This document shows, one piece after another, positions 58,780-64,000 of a DNA stretch of 64,000 nucleotides. Numbering within the stretch: the stretch's first letter is position 1; each line of letters opens with the position of its first letter. The notes under the pieces are model-generated. The model was not told the DNA's origin, did not search any database, and worked only from the letters and a program-made list of their open reading frames with translations. The translations under genes and the position numbers were made by a program. The stretch spans positions 24,265 to 88,264 of the forward strand of contig CAJJBP010000005.1 in assembly GCA_905182425.1 (NCBI GenBank), written 5' to 3'. The stretch is from an uncultured Planktomarina sp. GTDB lineage: Bacteria; Pseudomonadota; Alphaproteobacteria; Rhodobacterales; Rhodobacteraceae.

Positions 58780-59212
58780 CATGCAAACAAAGGGCGGTGT
58801 ACATTCTAGCAACTGCTCCATCAGAAACGCTAAGCTTCTCCTGCTCCGTAAGCTGAACAAAGAAATGCCCTGCTCCTAAGCCAGCCAGAAAGTCTAACTT
58901 TGATGCAGGGCTGAGTGATACTTATAATCTAGCGCTGGGTTTAGAAGTGATGCTTGGCTTTTAAGGGGGGCGGGCATGGGCCACACGGGGGCTATACGTT
59001 ATATATATACTCAGAATTACACACGCAGAGCTTTTCAGAGGGAGAGTTAAACGCCAAGCCATCCACAATAAGACTCGCTAGGTGGGCCAAACTTTGCTTA
59101 GCTCAAGGTATGATGAGAGTATGGTTTGTACCTCTGCTAATGTCCAAGGCGTGAAGACTGAATGAGTGGGACTGCCTGAGTAATCCTTCGGGAGGAATAG
59201 GTGCTGGTGGGT

Positions 59213-60933
59213 TTAAGAAAGCTGTTGTTCTATTTCAGGGAGAGCTTTTGCTCCAAGATGGCGGTTGTCTACGTGGAAAAGGCCATTTGAAAATCCTTCC
59301 TTTCCGACTGTAAATTTGAACACATCCACCATATCAAAGCCATGCTGCAGCGAGTATTTCTTTAATGCAGTGTTGAACAGTGCCACGGTTCTTGCCACCT
59401 CTGAGTTTAAATCAGCACTAAGCTTTTCGTCATAAACTGGTGCGGGTACATTTATAAAGTAGAGGTGGTGTCTTTGACCTGCGTTCTGCTCCAAAAACCA
59501 TTGAACATAGCCCTCTGTCGTCTGATCGATAAGCTCTTCCAATGGTTTATCAAGTTTTCTAGCTGCGGATATGAAGCCTTCGTTTGGACGGCAGTCAATT
59601 TCACCATAAGATAAGAAAACCTTGGAACTTTTGGGGAGCGATACGAAATGAGCCTTCGTAATTGCCTTGAAACTATCGTGCTTTGTACGGGAGAAATGGA
59701 ATGCTTTAGCCCCAAATGTTATTCTGGGGGCTATTCTAAAGTTTGAACCACCTATTGTGATATTTCGATGGGCATAACTTAAGCAATGGCTCTCGCCTAG
59801 GTGATAAACTTTATTTTCAGAGGCAGGCTCCTCATCCCAATTGGCGTCTAACAATTTCCAATAAAGCTGCTGTATGCATTACAAAAGACTTTATCTTTGG
59901 GCTTCAGCTTACCCAAGAGCTTTTGATCACAAGCCTTGAAATTATTGTTGTGTGAATCGGCGTGGCTGAAATCCGCCTCAAGATAAGCTTTGATTGCATT
60001 TTGGATTTGGTACTTGGGCCTAAGCACGATTTCAGAGTTCGCTTGCGGTTCACTGGTGTCAAAGTTGTATCCATAATTGGCGATAATCGGCAACAATTGG
60101 ACCGCCAGACTTTGAGAGTTTTCTATGGCTTCAGCATAATCAGGCTTGATGGCTAGGGCTTTGTTGTAAGCCTCTATCGCCTCTTCCAGCTTACCTTGCT
60201 CTTGGAGAGCATTGCCCATGTTGTTGTAGGCTCAGCGTAATCAGGCTTGATGGCGAGGGCTTTGTTGTAAGCCTCTATCGCCTCTTCCAGCTTACCTTGC
60301 TCTTGGAGAGCAATGCCCATGTTGTTGTAGGCTTCAGCATAATCAGGCTTGATGGCTAGGGCTTTGTTGTAGCTGTCTATGGCAGCATCAAATTGGCCTA
60401 AGGCCTCATTGGCAGCCCCTTGAATATTGTACAAAGTACTGAAATGGGAAACTTTTGCAGTAATTGCTTAGACTCATCAAAGCTTGTTGGAGTTGTCCCT
60501 GGCTGTAAAGGTTGATCAAGGCTGTAATTGATCTTGTGGTGGGTCTTGGTTTTGAGAAACTGTAGTTTAGGAGGCTCCACCCCTTCTAGCCGCTGCTCCA
60601 ACTTATCAAAGCCTCACCTTTAGCGCCATTGCTCTTGGCTTGATCAAGAACAGCTCTTGCATCAGCTAATCTGTCCAGCTTAATCAAAGCATCGATATAG
60701 CTGAGCCAGAACTGCGCTGTGTCTGGATTAGCTTCTAAAGCTGTTTTAAAGAACGGCAGTGCTTCTTGAACCTTACCAACACCAACAGCCAGTACACCCA
60801 TATTGTGATTGGCATCAGGATGTTTGGGCTGAGCTTTTAGAATAGCTGTATAAAGACGATCTGCCTCTTGAACCTGTCCAGCTTTATGAGCCTCAACGCC
60901 CTTCTGTAGAGCTTGGTCTAGTGTCAGTTCCAT
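59213..60933 (-). CDS. TPR-repeat protein with C-terminal SGNH-like domain; several indels
   Basis: MELTLDQALQKG..PDANHNMG and KPDYAEAYNNMG TPRs; C-terminal GESH, GEIDCR, DNRH. Confidence 0.8.
60127..60372 (-). repeat. Near-identical ~102-bp TPR-unit tandem repeat (about 2.4 copies)
   Basis: TAATCAGGCTTGATGGC(T/G)AGGGCTTTGTTGTA recurs at ~102-bp spacing. Confidence 0.9.
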
Positions 60934-60995
60934 ATTTAATTCCGTAAAGGACTTACTTGGTGAGAACCATATCATTTGAAGAACACCTTAAAAGC

Positions 60996-61461
60996 TTAAC
61001 CAGCGTTTACAAACTTATCGTAGTAGTCCTGCAAAGACGTCCCAAGCTGATCTTTTGGGTTGTACTCGCCCTTGCTTCGCACAAAGCTCTTCATCCCACC
61101 AATGCCGCCAAGATGTGCAACTGCTTTAAGTCCGATCACGATCATACTCGTTAGTTGCATTCCCAAGTTTATCTATCGCTTTATCAATGTCAGAGAAATG
61201 CCAATCAGCTACTTTGTCTTGTAAGGCTTCATCCTGCTTAAAGTCTGCTGTGCTGAACTTTTCTTTTGTAGCCCTTCGATAGTCAGCCAAACGAGCCGCA
61301 CCAAACTGATACTTTCCAGTGAAGGTACGCCCATCTTTTATAGTTATCTCAGCATCAGTTTTGCCACTAGATTCACTCATAGCGAGTTTATCTAGGAATG
61401 CTTTATTAGGGTTTCCAAAGTTAGCCTCTTGCCCATATGTGTCACGATAAACGTTATTCAT
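60996..61461 (-). CDS. Lysozyme/lytic-transglycosylase-fold protein (phage virion-protein-like); indel near 61133
   Basis: SESSG..GKYQF motifs; the shifted frame continues GLKAVAHLGGIGG..DQLGTSLQDYYDKF. Confidence 0.7.
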
Positions 61462-61880
61462 AATAGTATTAACTTCATCATCTGTATATTTCTGACTGGG
61501 GCGCTGGGCTTGGCAGGTTCTAGCTTGGCAGCATAGTCATCCAGAAAGGCAGCTTGAGCCTCCTCTCTAAAGTTAGAGCGCTGTATTCCTACAAGCTCCT
61601 GAGGATCACTTGCTTGGAGCACTTGAGCAATGACAGACTTAAGGTTGTGATTCAGGTTCGGATAGAAGTTTTCGATTAGCGAAGCCCATGAGATTGGCTC
61701 AGTCTGCATCGCCATGCCTGTCTTCAGTAGCTGTGCGAATGACAAAACTTGGCGCTGTTGCATCTCTGGTAGCGTAGCAACTTGTTGGGATAGAGATTGT
61801 TGAGTGTTAGCTGGGGCAAGCATCAGTTTCATCTGAGATAGTAGATCATCAGTAGCTTCAGTTTTCTGCATTATAGACAT
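61458..61880 (-). CDS. Hypothetical protein
   Basis: AAGGA RBS before MSIMQKTE; its stop overlaps the next start (ATGA). Confidence 0.6.
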   Translation of the reverse strand: MSIMQKTEATDDLLSQMKLMLAPANTQQSLSQQVATLPEMQQRQVLSFAQLLKTGMAMQTEPISWASLIENFYPNLNHNLKSVIAQVLQASDPQELVGIQRSNFREEAQAAFLDDYAAKLEPAKPSAPVRNIQMMKLILL

Positions 61881-61995
61881 ATTTATTCCTTTTAAGTTTG
61901 GGTACTTTTGGTGTTGAGCTATGGTAGGTGCTGGCTTGGGTACTGGACTCACCAGACAGGCTTACATTGACTCTGAGAGGTGTTCTGAGGGCCAG

Positions 61996-62364
61996 TTAAG
62001 CAAAGATAGCGTCACGTTTCGTACTGCTTCTGTAAGTGTATTGAAGGTCCACCTGACGAAGCTGACCGCGCTTCCTTTGCTGCACACGATACTTGTGACC
62101 GTGACGCTGAATAGCTTTCATATTTAGCGCTGGGATAGGCTTAGAATGAGTTCCAATAACCGCTATCCATTCACCGTCTATAAAATGATGTGACACTACG
62201 GTGTGGTTTGTTTCACGCCACAGATTAAACTCAGCATCAAGCTTATTCATGTCAGCTAAGGACGCATTGCCTAGTCTGCTTAAGGCAGTTCGGTATTCAG
62301 TGGTATCTTGCGGATAAGGACACTTAAGCTTGAACCAAGACAGCTTGTTGTTTGCTATTGCCAT
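61996..62364 (-). CDS. Hypothetical protein(s); the distal part MKAIQRHGHKYRVQ.. may be a separate AP2-like DNA-binding ORF
   Basis: GGAGG RBS before MAIANNKL; basic beta-rich distal segment. Confidence 0.5.
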   Translation of the reverse strand: MAIANNKLSWFKLKCPYPQDTTEYRTALSRLGNASLADMNKLDAEFNLWRETNHTVVSHHFIDGEWIAVIGTHSKPIPALNMKAIQRHGHKYRVQQRKRGQLRQVDLQYTYRSSTKRDAIFA

Positions 62365-63370
62365 GTTACGCAGCCTCCCGCTTAGGATCACGCACTACTG
62401 GGTTGCTAAAAGTTTGGTAGGCATATGCGAGGTAATGCTTTCAGCAGAGGAGCCTAGCTCTAGCTTCCCTTTAGCGTAAGTTGAACCTTGGATTAGGTGG
62501 GATTAGTAGCTCTTCCTCAACACACTTATCCAGCCAGTGTATTATCCGTGTGCTGTGGCCTCGCTGGAATAGATCACCTTGGCGTCTGCTGTACACTTCA
62601 ACATAAGACTTGTTGTCATACGCAGTTACAATAGCCCGCACAGAAGAGCCTGTGTGTCGTACATGTCAAAGACAGCCCGTTGGTGACTTAAGATGCCAAG
62701 GCTTTTGAGTAACGCTAGGCAACATCTACTCTTCTCCGTAAACTCAATGTCGTTATTCTTTATGCGTTGATCAGCAAAAGCCATAAGTTCTACGATATCA
62801 GCCATGCTTCACTCCTCTGGTTCGGAATAAGTAGCAAAGAAGTCCAAACCTAAGCGGTACTGGGTTTCATACATCTTCCTTTGGGTAGCTAGAGTAAAAT
62901 AACTGGCAGGGCTGTATCGCCTAAGTGCAATGAACGATTCAAAGTCGTTAAGTTCCATATGTGGAAACTCCTATAAATATATATGTGGGATTGGCAGGAT
63001 ATCTTACTCAAGATTGGCGAGGTAAAAAGGTGTCTGCCTATGTGTATAGTTATACATAAAATGGGAGAGATTGTCAAGCTTTAATTGTCCTTAACTAGCT
63101 GTTTTATATAACTAATAGTACTATTTTAGGGCAATATTGTAGGGCTAATTAGAGTGGATTTGCATTGAGTGTAGGTGTATAAGGAGGGTACGGGTGCTGC
63201 ATGTAGTACATTTTAGTGCATTATACGCCTATTAGCACTACATGGTGTGCCTCAGACAGTATTATTGATGAGTAGGAATAGTAATTTAGGCTATATTGGA
63301 GGTTTATTGTTTTAATACAGTTATTTACTATTAAACTACCTTAAATATGGGTGGGTGCTTTAATATAATA

Positions 63371-63394
63371 AAACTGGGTACAAACTGGGTACAA
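63371..63394 (+). repeat. Tandem AAACTGGGTAC repeat, tyrosine-integrase arm-site-like
   Basis: AAACTGGGTAC-AAACTGGGTAC-AA, about 55 bp from the tRNA-Ser 3' end. Confidence 0.75.
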
Positions 63395-63449
63395 GCGTTT
63401 AATAAACACCCCTAAGTATCTAATAATAAACAAATATATACAGGGGGTG

Positions 63450-63539
63450 TGGCAGAGACGAAGGGATTCGAACCCTCGAAACGCTTTCACGTTTACTCCC
63501 TTAGCAGGGGAGCGCCTTCGTCCACTCGGCCACGTCTCC
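63450..63539 (-). tRNA. tRNA-Ser(GCT)
   Basis: GGAGACGTGGCCGAGTGG..CTCCC-CTGCTAA-GGGAG, long variable arm, GTTCGAATC, CCA end. Confidence 0.97.
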
Positions 63540-63584
63540 GTTGGCTCCGTCTAGCGGTCAGATGAACTGGGGACAAGTAAAATT

Positions 63585-64000
63585 TTAGGGAAGTTGCGTG
63601 ACTTTTTGAAAAAACTTTTGTTTAACCGCTTCGATATCAACTTCGACGCAAACATCCACTAAATTTCCAGGACCTTCTGGGTCGACAAGAATCTCCCCTG
63701 AACTTTCACCATGACAACAAACACGTAATTTATGCGCCTCAGTTTGAAACAGTTCTGGTGCAACACAAGCTATTAAGGCAGATGGATCATGCATGCCACA
63801 TCCATCAAATTTTCCAACAGTTTCATAAAAGTCAATATAAAATTCAGACATCTCAAGCAAAAGACTTCCCAACCTTCGACTATGCTTCGCAATTTCATAA
63901 AAAAAACTACGCGGACAGATAACTTTATTTGTTACATCAAGGCCAACTAACATGATATTTTTTCCATGCTGCAAAACGTGATTTGCAGCATGGGGGTCAT
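63585..64000 (-). CDS. Nucleoside hydrolase, C-terminal part (5' end outside window)
   Basis: DPHAA, VGLDVT, MHDPSAL. Confidence 0.85.
   Translation of the reverse strand, partial: DPHAANHVLQHGKNIMLVGLDVTNKVICPRSFFYEIAKHSRRLGSLLLEMSEFYIDFYETVGKFDGCGMHDPSALIACVAPELFQTEAHKLRVCCHGESSGEILVDPEGPGNLVDVCVEVDIEAVKQKFFQKVTQLP

Larger units (their letters stand above)
56600..63449 (-). mobile_element. tRNA-Ser-anchored integrative/satellite-like element (left boundary uncertain)
   Basis: Abuts the tRNA 3' end; arm-type direct repeats; serine recombinase plus res-like site; co-oriented phage-like ORFs; no tyrosine integrase visible. Confidence 0.7.

Noticed and set aside
58954-59154. 66-aa plus-strand ORF across the G-rich motif
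   Set aside because: TTG start with no RBS, opposite to all neighbouring genes, and low-complexity translation; more likely a cis-acting site.
59155-59200. Hammerhead-like ribozyme (CTGAATGA.. and a CTTCGG hairpin)
   Set aside because: The core does not match CUGANGA..GAAA and the required stems could not be built.
56600-63449. Intact prophage or gene transfer agent cluster
   Set aside because: No capsid, portal, terminase, tail or integrase gene is recognisable, and the region is too short.

Overview
Chromosomal window from a moderately low-GC marine Rhodobacteraceae (Roseobacter-group-like; inferred from gene content and synteny). About 1-43.4 kb is core genome: argS, dgt, erpA, xth, dksA, MoxR/VWA, edd-eda, glnE, ate, a TRAP transporter, ilvIH, nrdJ, tRNA-Pro, pdxH, fabI, gpt, selO, fur, eno, anmK, tyrS, ppiD and trpE. 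About 43.4-63.4 kb is accessory: lpxL, a Liv-type ABC transporter, a two-photolyase UV-repair module and a large repeat/metzincin protein, followed by a ~7 kb all-minus-strand element at the 3' end of tRNA-Ser(GCT). The best candidate for an undescribed system is that element. It has integrase arm-type repeats but no integrase or capsid gene, a serine resolvase with a res-like site, a block resembling a podovirus genome end (degenerate short repeats plus a G-run/TA-run motif), a lysozyme-fold protein, several phage-like micro-ORFs, a repeat-flanked sRNA candidate and a TPR-SGNH cargo gene. I infer a phage satellite or packaging-hijacker element; this is not demonstrated. At least 16 genes, including essential ones, carry single-base indels, most likely assembly errors, so split ORFs are reported as whole genes.
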